Shown here: one piece after another, positions 28,865-42,200 of the stretch
Position numbering within the stretch: the stretch's first letter is position 1
Layout of the letters: each line of letters starts with the position of its first letter
Source of the DNA: Dimorphilus gyrociliatus
Taxonomy: Eukaryota > Animalia > Annelida
Reading direction: 5' to 3'
DNA length: 64,000 nt
NCBI GenBank assembly: GCA_904063045.1
Contig: CAJFCJ010000016.1
Location: 310,001-374,000 of the forward strand
Program-made: the position numbers and the translations under genes
The notes under the pieces: model-generated
Databases searched by the model: none
Seen by the model: only the letters and a program-made list of their open reading frames with translations
Told to the model about the DNA's origin: nothing

Positions 28865-30177
28865 CCTTACTTTCTTTCTTTTTCTAACTTTCACCCCTCT
28901 CCCTCTCTCTATCTCTCATTCTTTGAAGATTATTAATAAAAGAATTTTCAAATGTTAATATACTATTTATATAGGGTCTATGCAATTTATATATATATAT
29001 GTATATTTCATGCATATTTATACATTATATTTAATATTAACTGTAAAGAGATTGTCTTATTTAGTAATGCAAACAAAATCTTGTGTTGTCAAATTTGGTT
29101 ATGTTTATCTTCTCAAAATCTACAATTGTCGTATATGAAGGGGCACGAAGAAATATGAAAGGTTAGTTATTCGTCATTCAAAAAAGTGAAATAGAAGTAT
29201 TTTTCTCTTTAAAAATGGAAAAAAAAGGAATATAAAAGTATATTGATCCTTCTCCCTAGAAGAAAAGGGTAATGCAATTTACGTCCTACTGTATATCCTG
29301 TTTGATAATGTGGCTGAGAAAATAAATTGTTATCTTTTCTTACTATTCTTGTTCCCTTCCTTCTGTCAACCAGCATGCTTACATTGATATCTCCACCCTT
29401 TTTGGTAAAATCCCTTTTACTACAATTTCACCCCTCTCGTTTATATTCTATCATCTCTCTCGCTTACTCTATCATCTTCTGTCGCAATCCTATCTAACAT
29501 TATATTTATTGCAATATAAATGTCTATACTTACTACAACCCTTCCGAGCTTAGTGGGTTTATAGGCAAACTGACCAATAAGTGAACTTTGACCATCTTTC
29601 TTTCCTGTCGCTCTCCAGACTTGGAATTCGATCCTGTGTTCCGATATGAAATTAGCGTAAATCTCATCGATCCTACCTTCCGGCAATTTTTTCCTATAAA
29701 AAATAATATAGGCCTTTATAAGATAATCTTAACCCAAATAGATCTAACTTATTAAAAAGAAAAATAGTTCTATCAACGGCATCATTGTTTAATTTTGCCT
29801 CGAAATCGAATGGAAAACCAATGTATTGACCGTCATCAATTTGTGGATTTATCGGTATATCGACGGCGTAAACTGGAAAATAGAAAATAAAAAAAAACAT
29901 GAGCTGCTGAAAAGATGATGATAAGAGAGAAAAATTACAATTTTATTTAAATATACAAATGAGTATTGGCATATAAATTACTATATTTCATAAAAAACTA
30001 CATATACTTATATATTCATATACATAAATTTACTTTATATAGTTTATATAAAACATATAATAAGTAGATTATGCTCTTATATTGCATTGGCAAATTTAGC
30101 AAGTTTCTTTGTTTAAATCTAAAGCAACACGAACCGGAGAATAGGCTGCAAATAATGAATCCGACGATTTTCTTCAT
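24807..30177 (-). CDS. Type I single-pass membrane protein: signal peptide, two copies of an unnamed ~140-aa domain, Ser/Thr-rich linkers, TM helix and cytoplasmic tail
   Basis: Phase-consistent exons are 30177-30135 (MKKIVGFIICSLFS), 29872-29734, 29693-29534, 28426-28207, 28121-28089, 27976-27311, 25834-25805 and 25727-~25481. The last of these carries the TM 'IYHIIILVLLSLMFLLLFIICCTACYKKQR'. A terminal exon 24978-24807 reads HRSSTALNHDEWMNAINEAESNY...EHTVE*. The junctions between the TM exon and the terminal exon are not resolved. Confidence 0.75.
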
Positions 30178-31490
30178 TTTGTCAACTTCTTTGACTATTC
30201 CTGTTAAAGGGTCGGCGGCCAAATGATTGAATAAAAAAAAATTGAACAATACACACACAGAGAGAGAAAGAGAGAATAAAATAAGAAGTAAGGAGAAAAA
30301 GTATGAATTTTTAATTAAAAGTTTAAAAATAGAAGAAGAGAGGAAAAAAACATTCACGGAAGTTAAAGAAATGAATATAAAAAAGAAAGAAAACAAAGAG
30401 AGATTAAGGAAGAGAAGAAAGACTACTCTTTATAAAATAAACCTAAAGATTGTGGCTGACAGAGAGGGCGGTAAGGTTTAGAGAAATGCGACTAGAAGTT
30501 AGGTCAGAAAAAAAGTCAATTCTTTACCTCAAGAGAATTGTTCTTTTTGAAGAATGAAAAAAAACTTTGGGAACAGTCAAGCTTGGGAAGAGAATAAGAG
30601 AATAATAAAAGAAAAATTTAACAAAGATTTGAGGTTGATCAGTCTCTCTCTTTCTCTGTGTGTAAAGTTTATTTAAGGTCAACCAAGTAAACTTGAACAA
30701 GTGAATGTCGTATGTCTAATATTGCCATTATTATTCTTGTATATTGTTCGATATATTTCTTAAACTAGAAAAGTATTCTTCCCCTTGACTTCTTACTTGT
30801 ATAAGAGGGATTTTTCTTTTAAAACTCATTTATTCGGCTTATTATTAATAATATAAAATTAAATGATAGTTAGGCCTACGCGTTTAAGTGTTGTAACTGG
30901 TGACGACTAAGAATGTAACATAGGTCGGAATATAAAGAAGAAAATAAAGGATTATACTATCAGAACTGAGCGTTCATTCGTGCGTAAACCTGTTTTTCTC
31001 TTCGGGAATATTTCTTTACGTCTTTTCCATATTTCTCTATTGCAGTCTTTTGTTACTCTTTTAACACTAGTATGAGAGTTTTAGAAGAGAAAGAAATGTA
31101 GCATTTTTTCGCTCTCTATCTCTTTCTTTCTTTCTTTCTTTCTTTCTCTCTCTCTCTATTTGTCTGTGTGTCTGTCTGTCTGCCTCTCTCCCTCCTTTCA
31201 TGTCCTATATTCTTTTTCTCAGTCTATAAATTTCAAATTATCGTAAACCTACCAATTGGTTGTAAATTTTTTATGAATAATTACATATTAATTATTAATT
31301 ATTTTCCAAGTTAGTGTTAACATTAACGTTATTGACGTCTAATAAAATTGAACGCTTTATTATTCAATATATAAATCATCAATAATTTGGGGAAAATCTT
31401 GAGGAGAATTACAAATAAAAGAAATAAGTAAATAATAAAAGTTCTAATAAATGCTAATTTCATGTAAAAGATTATTCACTTAATCAGCCA

Positions 31491-31670
31491 GTGCCATCTA
31501 TTGGTACACGTTTAGAAGCTATAAAAAAAACCCTATTAACTAAGATAATTCGTTACTTAAATCCTAATCCCCTTAACCGACCTGTCTGTGCCGAACGCTT
31601 TTATCTCGAGACGCCGCCCCAAAAAATTATAGGCCTATAAGCCCAATAAATCTGTTCGCCAGATGTCGCG
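31491..31670. promoter_or_regulatory. GC/CpG-enriched putative promoter region of the ADRA1-like gene with two CTCF-like motifs
   Basis: GTGCCATCTATTGG lies at 31491-31504 (reverse complement CCAATAGATGGCAC) and CGCCAGATGTCGCG at 31657-31670. The stretch is CpG-rich, includes GACGCCGCCCC, and sits just upstream of ATG 31713. Confidence 0.45.
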
Positions 31671-31712
31671 CGGGTCTAAAACTTCTTCCGTCAGAATTCT
31701 GGAAAATTGCAG

Positions 31713-34521
31713 ATGGATTTCAACTATTCTTTCCTCCTCTACAATTCTTCGAATTCTACATATGAAAATGGCGATGGATTAACGCTAGCCATTTTAAAAT
31801 CTGTTACTTTGACTATAATTTGTTTAATGACAATTTTTGGAAATTTACTTGTTCTGCTTGCCGTTTTTATAAACAGGCATTTGAGGAGTACTACAAATTA
31901 TTTTATAGTGAATTTAGCTTGCGCTGATTTATTGTTGGGATGTTTTGTTTTGCCATTTAGTGCGGCATTAGAAGTAGGCTCAGACTGGCCTTTCGGGCGT
32001 CTCTTTTGCGATATTTGGGCTGCTATGGATGTACTATGCTGTACAGCTAGTATTTTATCACTCTGTGTTATTTCAATAGATAGGTATGTTTATGGTCAGA
32101 GCAAGAAATAGATTGCAAAACTCGTATAGAGTTTGTCAATAAACTAAAAAAAGAAAAGTTATAGAATAAAAGAAAGATTAGAGAAGAGAAAAATATGAAG
32201 AGAATTCTTCTACATACAGTATATATATGTATAGAAATGAAATCAAACTTTTTTACTAGAAAGCAAAATCACAGATATAGATATATATGTATTTAGATTT
32301 ATATATTTCTATATCTGAAAAGTTAACGCTTTAAGCGAAAGACAGCGAGAGAGAGAGAAGGGAGGAAAGAGGGTGGGGGGGAGGAAGAGAGAATAAGAAA
32401 GATATCTTTATCCTCTTTTCCTTTTAATTCTAGCTTAAATTAAAAATAATAATATAATAATAACAAACAGTATGACAAACAGAGAAATTCCATTAATATT
32501 TGTAAACTTGAGTATATCATAATTATTTTTATACTGTTCTTAATCAAATCTTTCTTTAGTCTTTTTAAAAATTATAATGTATATATATACATATATATAT
32601 AAGGCTTAGTTTTCTTCCGGGTCTCTTCTTCTCTTATCCCATTTTCTCTCTATCGCTTTTTATTATCTATTTCTCTCTCTTTATATCTATCAATCTATCC
32701 TTCCCTCATTTGGAGTATTACTCTCCCACTCTCTTTCTCTCTCTCCCTCCAACCGTTTCCTATTCTATCCTGCATTATCCCATCCTCTCCTCTCCCCCTC
32801 CTCTCCTCTTCTCTACTCTACTCTACTCCTATAATATTTTCTCTTATACTGAGCCGTAATTACCCTTCCTCCCTTTCTTTTTGTCCCTCTGTCTGACTCT
32901 CTATTTGTTGAGTACAATAGTTTCTTTGAAATATATCTTTATCTAATAGCTTTTATTCGATAAATGGGAATTGTTAGCAAAATCATTTACTCAGAACTTT
33001 CTCCTCCCCTAATATTAATTGACTACTCTCGAAACAGCAATACAGCAATAACAATAAACATTTACAGTTTTTTCCCATAGAAAAATAAGCCTCTAAAATA
33101 TGAATTGTCTAGACAGGCCATGTAAATCCACTTGTATTTAATAATAAATTATACAGGAATAACATTGACCTCTGACCTACCCTTTACTATGTGTCATTAT
33201 CTTTTCTAAACTAAAGGAAAAAAAAACAGGTACATTGGCGTCACAAGACCCTTGCAACATTCAACAATTTTAACAGAAAAGAGAGCAGGTCTGGTCATTA
33301 TAGGAGTATGGATTCTCTCAACTTTTATCTCTATAGCACCATTCTTCGGTTGGAAAACGCCAAACGAAGAGGAAGGAAAGTGTGAAGTAACTAAAGAACT
33401 CGGTTATGTCTTATTCAGCGTTTCCGGCTCGTTTTATATACCAACTGTTATAATTCTCCTGGTTTACTATCGTGTATATAAGGAGGCGTTATCACAATCA
33501 AAATTTCTATCCACTGGAGTAAAAACTGCAAAAACTACTGATGAAAGCAGTAGTACAGTAACATTAAGGATTCATACTCGAAAAACTTCTTCTGACTTTG
33601 GGAATTCAAGATTGAGTTTGGCCGGCAAAATGGCGAAGTTTAAAAGGGAGAAAAAGGCTGCAAAGACTCTGGGTATAGTTGTGGGCGTTTTTATACTTTG
33701 TTGGTTTCCCTTCTTCTTTCTACTTCCGTTAGGTTAGTATAATTTAGTATAGAATATATAGCTCGAAGCGGCAAACCGTTGGATTATAGGATAATGTTTA
33801 CAAATTGTATATTCGATAAACAAATTTGTGTATATGGTGACTTTTTCTCGGCGTTTGATGGAAATAAATAGGTAAAAAGGAAAAGCAGTTCGAAGAAAAC
33901 GATAAAAGACAGTCTAGACTATAATAGGGTTTCTAATTTTTCCCTTAAAATAAATGAACAGTTTAGCAAAACGCTCATCGCCAGAAAAAAAAGAGGTAGA
34001 AAAAAGATTTGACATTCTAATCCACCCCGTTTACCACCCACCTAGTAGAACCCATCCTTCTCCTTTGTTTGCGCACTTTTCTCCCATACAGCTCCTACGC
34101 CCCGTCCTCTTTAGTTGTTTTTATATAGTTTAGTTTAATTTCCTTCCTTCCTTTCTCTAAATAACAGTTTCTAAATTCAAAATCGACATTTCTTTTGGTG
34201 TTTTTATTAATATACTTATACACATATACTACTTTATACAATAGGACCCGTTTCTCTTTAAAACCACCCATCCAAACTCATTAAATACATCTTTGTTCAA
34301 CTGTTTCGCGTTATTTGTTTAAGGGGTATTGTAGGCCTATTGACCATTAAAAAGCTATACGAATGGTAAAAGTTAATTACAATCATAGTGCAATTATAGT
34401 CGTTACTTTTCAATTGAAGAAAATTTGCAGTCGATTAATCATAATTAGTTTATACAGCTGCAATAATCATTGGTTCCACAGAGAGAATAGTAGAGGGAGC
34501 AAGAAATGGCGTCCTTAGCAC

Positions 34522-34566
<45 letters not shown>

Positions 34567-37500
34567 AATTTCGTCTTTTTACCACTCATAAAAACTATTC
34601 CTTTTTCCTATTATAAAGAAAAGAAAGTGATTATTTAATATAAATAATAAATATAGTTTTGTGTCTATTTACATATTGTAGTGTTTATGTTTATTAATTA
34701 GATAGTTTATGAAATGATTTTTTAAGTTATAAATAGTAAAGCGATAGTCTAAATATAATATAAACAACGGTTTAAATATTTAATGTAAGAGTACTCTTTA
34801 AATAGATATTCTTTGTTTAACTAATATACGTTGGAGAAAGAGGTTTATAAACGAAAATGTATATATATATATATATATATATTTTTCATAAATAGATTTA
34901 TGATTTTCGGCGTCGTTTTTCATTTCTCGTCTATTTTCTGAAATTTATCCATATATCGTCACGACAAGACGATAGCATTGCATTAAGTAAATTAGTTGTA
35001 CTTTATTGCATTATTACCTCTGTATTTTAGTAGAAACGTGAAATATCTTCAGTTATATTAAGTAATTTAGTTGAAAATAACTACTTTTATAGGCCTTAAA
35101 AAAATAAATAGTATTTAGAGATTATTTAGCAATTTTTATATTATCATTCTATATTTTAATGTAATTTATTTTTGTCTTTGTAATAAAGAATCATTAATTT
35201 TACAATTCTTGTTTTGTTTGATTGGATATTTTACTCTTTCTTTCATTCTCTCTCTATCTCTCTATTCTTTTCTCTTTTATTATTCATTTGATTCTACGTT
35301 GTTTGGTCTATTAGCATATTTTAAATTTTAATAAGCTTCTAGTTATATACATTTATCAAAGCGTGAAAAAAATGATGTTTATTAATTATGCAGTTCAATT
35401 CATCTATTATTTTTTCAACAAAAACACTAATTAAGAAAAGTTTATATAAGAACTATTTCGTAGTTGTAAATTGCCCTTACAATAAAACACGCAAAAATGC
35501 TACGAAACCATGATCAAACTATTGAAAAGAATAGGAAAGAAAATAAAAAGGGTAGAATGGGAGGAGGTGAGAGGCGGAAAGTTGAATTTTGTGAAAAAAA
35601 GAAAAGGGGCGGAGTATGTATTTTGGAAAGGTGGACGGGGAACAGAATAGAGATAATTTCTAAAGCTTTTGGGATAGCATTTAGGCAGAGTGAAAATAGT
35701 AGGAAACGATACATAAACTGTTGAGGAGTGAAACCGAGAGAGAGAGAGAGATCAACCTAATTTATTCGTTTTTGTTTTTTTTTTGTGTGTGTCAACTGAA
35801 GGAAAAATTCATTTAGTCTTTGGCCGTCAGATTTTCCGTATTATACTATTTTTTTTATCAATGACTTAAGTCTCATGGGAAAAAACGGTTTCATTGATTG
35901 TCTAAAGTGAAATTAGCAGTGTTTTATCACTTTAATTGTACGTCTACTGGGATATCTATGGATTTTGATTAACAGTGATTGCATCCGCAGGCTCATATCC
36001 TAACCTAAAAATAACGACAGAAACGTTAATTCCAGTGCACGCTATCCTTACTACTTCCTTTTTCTTTTCTTCCTTTTATTTCCCGCCTTTTTTAACATTC
36101 TTCCACGTTTGATGGGCAATAGAAGAAATTATAGACCTATATACCTTTCGTGTAAACAAAAAAAAGAATGCTCCGCGCCTATTGCAATACAAATACACTT
36201 TAGGTTATATAGTCTGACAGAAAGGAGAAAATGACGTTAAACGCCCCTTCACCCCCCCTTCTTTTCTCTTTTCCTCGCCTATCTTATTGGACCCTTCAAG
36301 ACCCTCTCTTTTACTAGGCTCTAAAAGAAAATACTAATTGAGTCTGCAAGCTATACTGATTGATTGCAGTCGCGCGCTCCCGCTATACCGCAGTCATATA
36401 CATTACGTAAATTGCTGTCTAGTTATATATTGCATTAGCGAGGGCATATTGTTCACAACATGCCTCTTCCTCGTATATAGTGGAATACTATAGCCGACGG
36501 CAATTGGTTGCAGATTGCCGTCGAAATATAGTCTGTACACAGCAACTGTTTGTCTATAAACACGCAGCGGAAGGGGGCATAGGAATTGAAAAAAAAGACG
36601 AGAGTATTTTTCATATTCATTTTTTCCCTCATATTCTTCAACTATTCTAGAAAATTATTGTCAAGGTCAGATATATCGTTCTAAAGATAGATATTTCGCT
36701 TTTCCCCTTGACCTAAGACCCTGGAAATTTTTTAATCGAAGTTGAATTATTTCCGACAAATAAATTCACATTAGTAAAATAATAGTTTGTCTCCAATTAT
36801 CCTTTTAATAATCTTTTGTAATTTATTCCTATCTTTTGTTTATAATGTTTGGAGTTTTTATTGAACTCTATTAAGAGTCTTTTTCATTCTCTTCCTATTC
36901 TTTACATTGCTTCCTCTATTCGTTTTGTCTCCCTCTTTCTCCCTCTGATGCCCATTTTTTCCCTTTTTTTCGTTATATAAATGCTTTTTTCTCCACGTCT
37001 CTTTTTTTTGTTCTCTTTTTGGACATACAAATTGTAGTTTGTTAGTCTTAACGCGCACCACCCTTCGATCGGACCGATTTTCAGAGGGCAGAGATCATTA
37101 AGGAAGATAACTGTCCAAGAGACGCCTTTCCAGTGTTACACTATATAAGAAGTAAAGAGTCGCTTTCAATAATAACAAGAAGGAAAATAAAAAGAAAATA
37201 TTCTCATACGCTCCATTTCTTTTTTGTTTTTCTCAGAAAAATATTCCATATTAGACTCATCAATATTAACACACTTGTCACATAGTGTTACAAACTAGTA
37301 GTGTTACCAAAATACCACGTGATATCTAATAGTCCAATCAAAAGACCGAAAGCCTTAATGCAGTTTTATTAAGTGTCGTTTATTGAACAGTGGTTAAAAA
37401 AGGTCTAGATTTCTCTTTTTTTTATATATATATAATATGAAAGCTTATGTTTTGCGGTTAACCTGAAGTTGATCGATGTTAAACTTTGTTCTATTATTTG

Positions 37501-38033
37501 TTTCCTTGTCTTTTTTATATAGAACAAAAAATATGAATATTTTTACTAGTAGAAAGCTTTTAAACCTATTTTTAAAAGTATTACATTGCAACCTTGAAAA
37601 GAAACCGTAAAACTATAAGATAGATTATACATATATATAGTATACCATATATATATATATATATATATATATTCTGTATATTGATATAAATATCTACAAT
37701 ATATCTGTTATTGACAATAGTAAATACCTTCATATCTAATCATAGGCCTAAAAAGTTAAAAGTTACAGGCAAACTATTTGGCGTAGAAGATAAGCATACG
37801 TGTATACATTATAGGTATTTTTCTTCTTGCATATTTTCATAAGAGAAGAAAATAAGACGTAAAGATAGAGGCAATTTTCTATTTTTATACATTTTTTCAT
37901 TATTAATCGAAATTATTTCATTACTTTTTTTTTAAAAGAATTTTAAATTACTATAAAGTAGGTATAACCATGTAAACACTTATCCGTTCCACCTACCCCC
38001 ACCCTTCCTCACTTATTCATTTTTGATCCTTTA

Positions 38034-38070
<37 letters not shown>

Positions 38071-39198
38071 GTGTACACTCACTTTCATTCATACTCATTC
38101 TCTTATCTATACTTTCTTTTTTTCCACTGAATTCTTTTCAACATCTGAAAAATATAGTGATTAGATAAGATATATTTTGACTTGTATTTAAAATATAAAA
38201 AGTGGAAGAATATGATAGAGATCATTCGCGTCTTTAGTTTTTCAGGATATAACCTTTCTCTTGTTTGGATTACGTATAAATATTTGCTTATATTCCGCTC
38301 CCTTTATAAAGTTCGTATAGGTGAGAAAAAAAATTAAACGGTTGTTAAAAAAAAATCGAGAGAAATCGCTTTTTCTTTAAAAAAAAAATATAATGAAAAA
38401 ATATTTCTCTTTTAAAAACTGTTTAAGTATTACGTAATTAAATCTTTATATTTATCTTATAATCAACAATTGTAGTTAATAAATTGTTGTTTCATAAACA
38501 CACCTATGAATATTATTTTTCATAAAATATATATCTATAAATATACTATTAATATACAGGATATCAAATTCCATCAAGTAATTTCTAAATGTTACTCTCC
38601 TTCTAGATTTTCACGCATTCACACAAAAAAAATTAAACTCCTACAACACCTTTATAGGCCTATTCAAAACATGGGAAAAATTAGTAGAATAACAAAACAG
38701 AAATAAGAAATAAAAAATAACAAGAAAGATAGACTTGTGTCTTTATTATTAACATCTATTGATTCTTCTTTCTTTTACACAGATTATGGAATTTTATATA
38801 GAGTGAAACACTTAGACAAACATAAGATATTTCAACATAGCCGCTGTATAAATACACCAGTCCACTATACAAACTACATGTAGAAAAAAATGAACTTTTA
38901 AAATTTTCTCACCCTTTTCTTTATTTATATGTTAATTAAATTGAGGACAAACTGTTAAAGCGGCTAAGACTATTACAGAAATTAGAGTGAATATTTAGTG
39001 AGAAGTAGGAATAATAGAAATTGAAAGGGAGTGAGAGAGAGGGTGGGGGTATTAGTATATACCATCTCTCTGTCTGTCTAAATATACATATATATATATA
39101 TATATATGCGTGTACGCGTTTGTATATATGCATGTATGTATGTATGAATGTACTATATGCCTACAGGGAATTGTAACATGAAAGAAATTAAAATAATG

Positions 39199-39243
<45 letters not shown>

Positions 39244-42200
39244 GTGCAAAATAATCCATACATATTCTATAAATGTATTTACTTTCCAATGACATATTTA
39301 AAAATATTGATCTATCATTTTGTAATAGTTTTTGATAGCTTTCCATATATTTTAAGTTCGATTAGATTTTATTAAGGATAGAATTACAATGTATCTGTAT
39401 ATGTATTATTGATATTTTGGTTTTTTGATATTTTGATATATATTATAACAAATTTTTAATGCCTCTATTCATTTCCTTATCTTTTTGATTCCATAGCCTA
39501 TCTTTTTCACCTTTTCAATAATCTTAACTATTTTCAGATTTTGATAACAAAACAAAAAAAAGCTCCCTTTAGTTTGTCAAACAAGAGAAAAGAAAAAAAA
39601 CAAATATGTCGAAATGATCATATCAATTTTGTATATTCCCTAATTGGTTGCTTTTTTTATTATCGCTTAATTATACAGTATATCTAATTAACTTTCTCTT
39701 TAGGAAATTGATACAAGTATCTTATTTATTTTGTTCTTTTTATCTGGAGGAAGAAAGAGAAAATCAAGGAACTTCTATTGAAGTCTCTTTTTTTTTTAAT
39801 ACTTAAATTTTTGATCTTTCTAAACGGTTGAGAGAGTGAGTTTTCTCTCTCTCTCTCTCTCTCTCTCTCTATAAATATATATATATATAGTTTATTCTAC
39901 TAAAGTATTATTTTTTGTTAAAATTGGGTTAAGTAGTTAAATTGACCAAAATATTCAGAGTTAAGTTAATTTTTGCCTGTAATTCATTCTTATGATTTCT
40001 TTTAAAATTTTGTCTCTGTTTTTTTCCTTCTTCTTCCTTTTTAAATATTCAGAGTAGAGACATCTTTATTAAGTTAGAATAATGTAAATTCCTTTTTTGA
40101 AAGGCCTATACTTCACATGGCGAATTGACCGTTAATACGCCTATATTCAAAGGTAAATACCAGTGAAAAGAGAAAATGGTAGGTAGTTTTTTAGTTTGGC
40201 AAAATGTCAAAGCCGTCAAAACATGACGAGCCTTTTCCAAGCCTTTCCTATATATTAACCGATGACGTTTGGCAAATTGCGGTCGGGTCGGCTCGATGAA
40301 TTGTATTATAGCTAAGAAAAAAAGATCGTAACGCAAATTAATTGGGTAATTTTTCTGGCGCGTAATTCAAATCATCTATAATAAATTCTATTCCTCTCTA
40401 CTCTCTTCTTTCATTTTCTCTCGCTTTCTCTCTATCCTTTTTTTCATTTTGGTCTGTTCCTCTTTTCTCGACTCTCAACTCCTCCCTTTTGCTATAGATT
40501 TATATATAAACAATGAATATTTATAGGCCATATATTTCAAAGAGTTTTTTTATTTCATTTTAAACAACGTATAATCATCTATATTATTTAAACCGACGGT
40601 TTTGCATTCCTATACATTTATAGAAACGTTTGCGAGAGAACGCCTGACGGCGTCGGTCTATTAAATGCTGACGGATATATGAGTGAAAGATAGCCGTCGC
40701 TCTAAATGGCTTCTCGCCGCGTTGAAAATAAATGCGATTGTTCGCGGAAGAATGCGGTTCGTTTGTCGGTTTGCTACTTGTTTTTCTCCTTCGTCTTTTT
40801 TCTTAAGCGTCGTCATCGTTGTTGGTAATAAAACCGTCCAAAATCCTTTTGTTACTTATTGGGGAACCGACCGACCTTTCCCAACGAAATTGATCCTAGG
40901 CCGATAAGGAGTTGATTAATTCTATCCAAACCGCGTCTCCTTTCCTCAACAACAGAGAGAGAGAGAGAGAGGGAGTTGTATTGGAACAAATTGTATAAAA
41001 TAGGTGATCTTTCTACGTATACAGTATAACGTAGTCTTTATAAATAAACTTTGTAGCGATGGAGAAGAGACTGAAAGGTGTTAATTTTGCTATACTTGCC
41101 CTCGAGATGTTTTTAAAAAAGTAAAAAACTGATTGTTTTGTAAACATAACTTTACTCTACCAATCTGTATAAATTACTCAATAGAATTATAAAGTATACA
41201 CTGTAAAATATTTGTTTTTATGTATCGTCATGCTCTATGCCTCTCCCCTCTCCTCCCATCCTCCTCTTTCTCTTTCTCTTTCTCAGAAATTTTAAATGAT
41301 CCTACTAAGTTTTCAATACAGAATTGAAAACTTTTAAGCAATCTTTCGTCTTCCTAATTAGTTTTAACCAGCTGTCAGTAAAACTGTAAATGAAAGCAGA
41401 TCCTAAAGAGAGAGAGAGGGAAATAGTTTCCTTAAATAAGTAGTTAGTAGTCAATCTAACTCTCTTTTCTCTTTCTCTCTCTCTGTTTGTCTGAAACATA
41501 TCCTAGGATACGGAATATTTAAGTTTTCTTCGCTCCTTCTTAACCTTAATCTTCAAAATTTCATTCAATTTATATAAGAAGATGGGTTTTAATTATATCC
41601 TCTTTCTACCCTCTTGTACCAAGTGAAATTTTTGTACTTTTCAGTCTACATTTCTATATGAAAGCAGGAAGACAAAATTATTAAAAATTCTTCAACGGTA
41701 GAAAAATAGAAGAGTGAAAATTTTTTAGGTTTTAGATATTTATTTTCCTGTTTTGCTTCTGCCCATAGGTTAAGAAGCAGCTGTTGAAACTATGGGGAAA
41801 AAAGTTACTTGTTCTTAACCCAAAATTTCAAAACTAATTTATAAAGATATCAAATCTTTCTTTTTCCCTTTTTACTTTTGTTTTTGTCTTTTCTTTCCCT
41901 TTGAAAACTGAATTGATATACAAAGAACGAGGGAGTAAGAGAGTAACCAGACATTTTTTCGGATCTCATGTCTATTTAGGTTTTAATCATTTCCGGTCCA
42001 TACGTTTTTTAGGTTTTATTTATCAATTTTTTGTTGTTTAAGGCTAATATTTAAAAAATCCATTTAATCCATTTTCATCCATCGTGCACAGCGGGAAATT
42101 GCAAGATTTCACTAGAAATTGTTTTCTTGTTTATCAAAGATAACCAGCTGAATAAATATACAGCTGATTCTCTAAGCTGTCGGTAACAAAATCCAATATT

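Noticed and set aside
30016-30481. Overlapping Phe/Leu-rich and Lys/Glu-rich ORFs
   Set aside because: They derive from A/G-rich low-complexity sequence. Only 30177-30135 (the signal-peptide exon) is supported.
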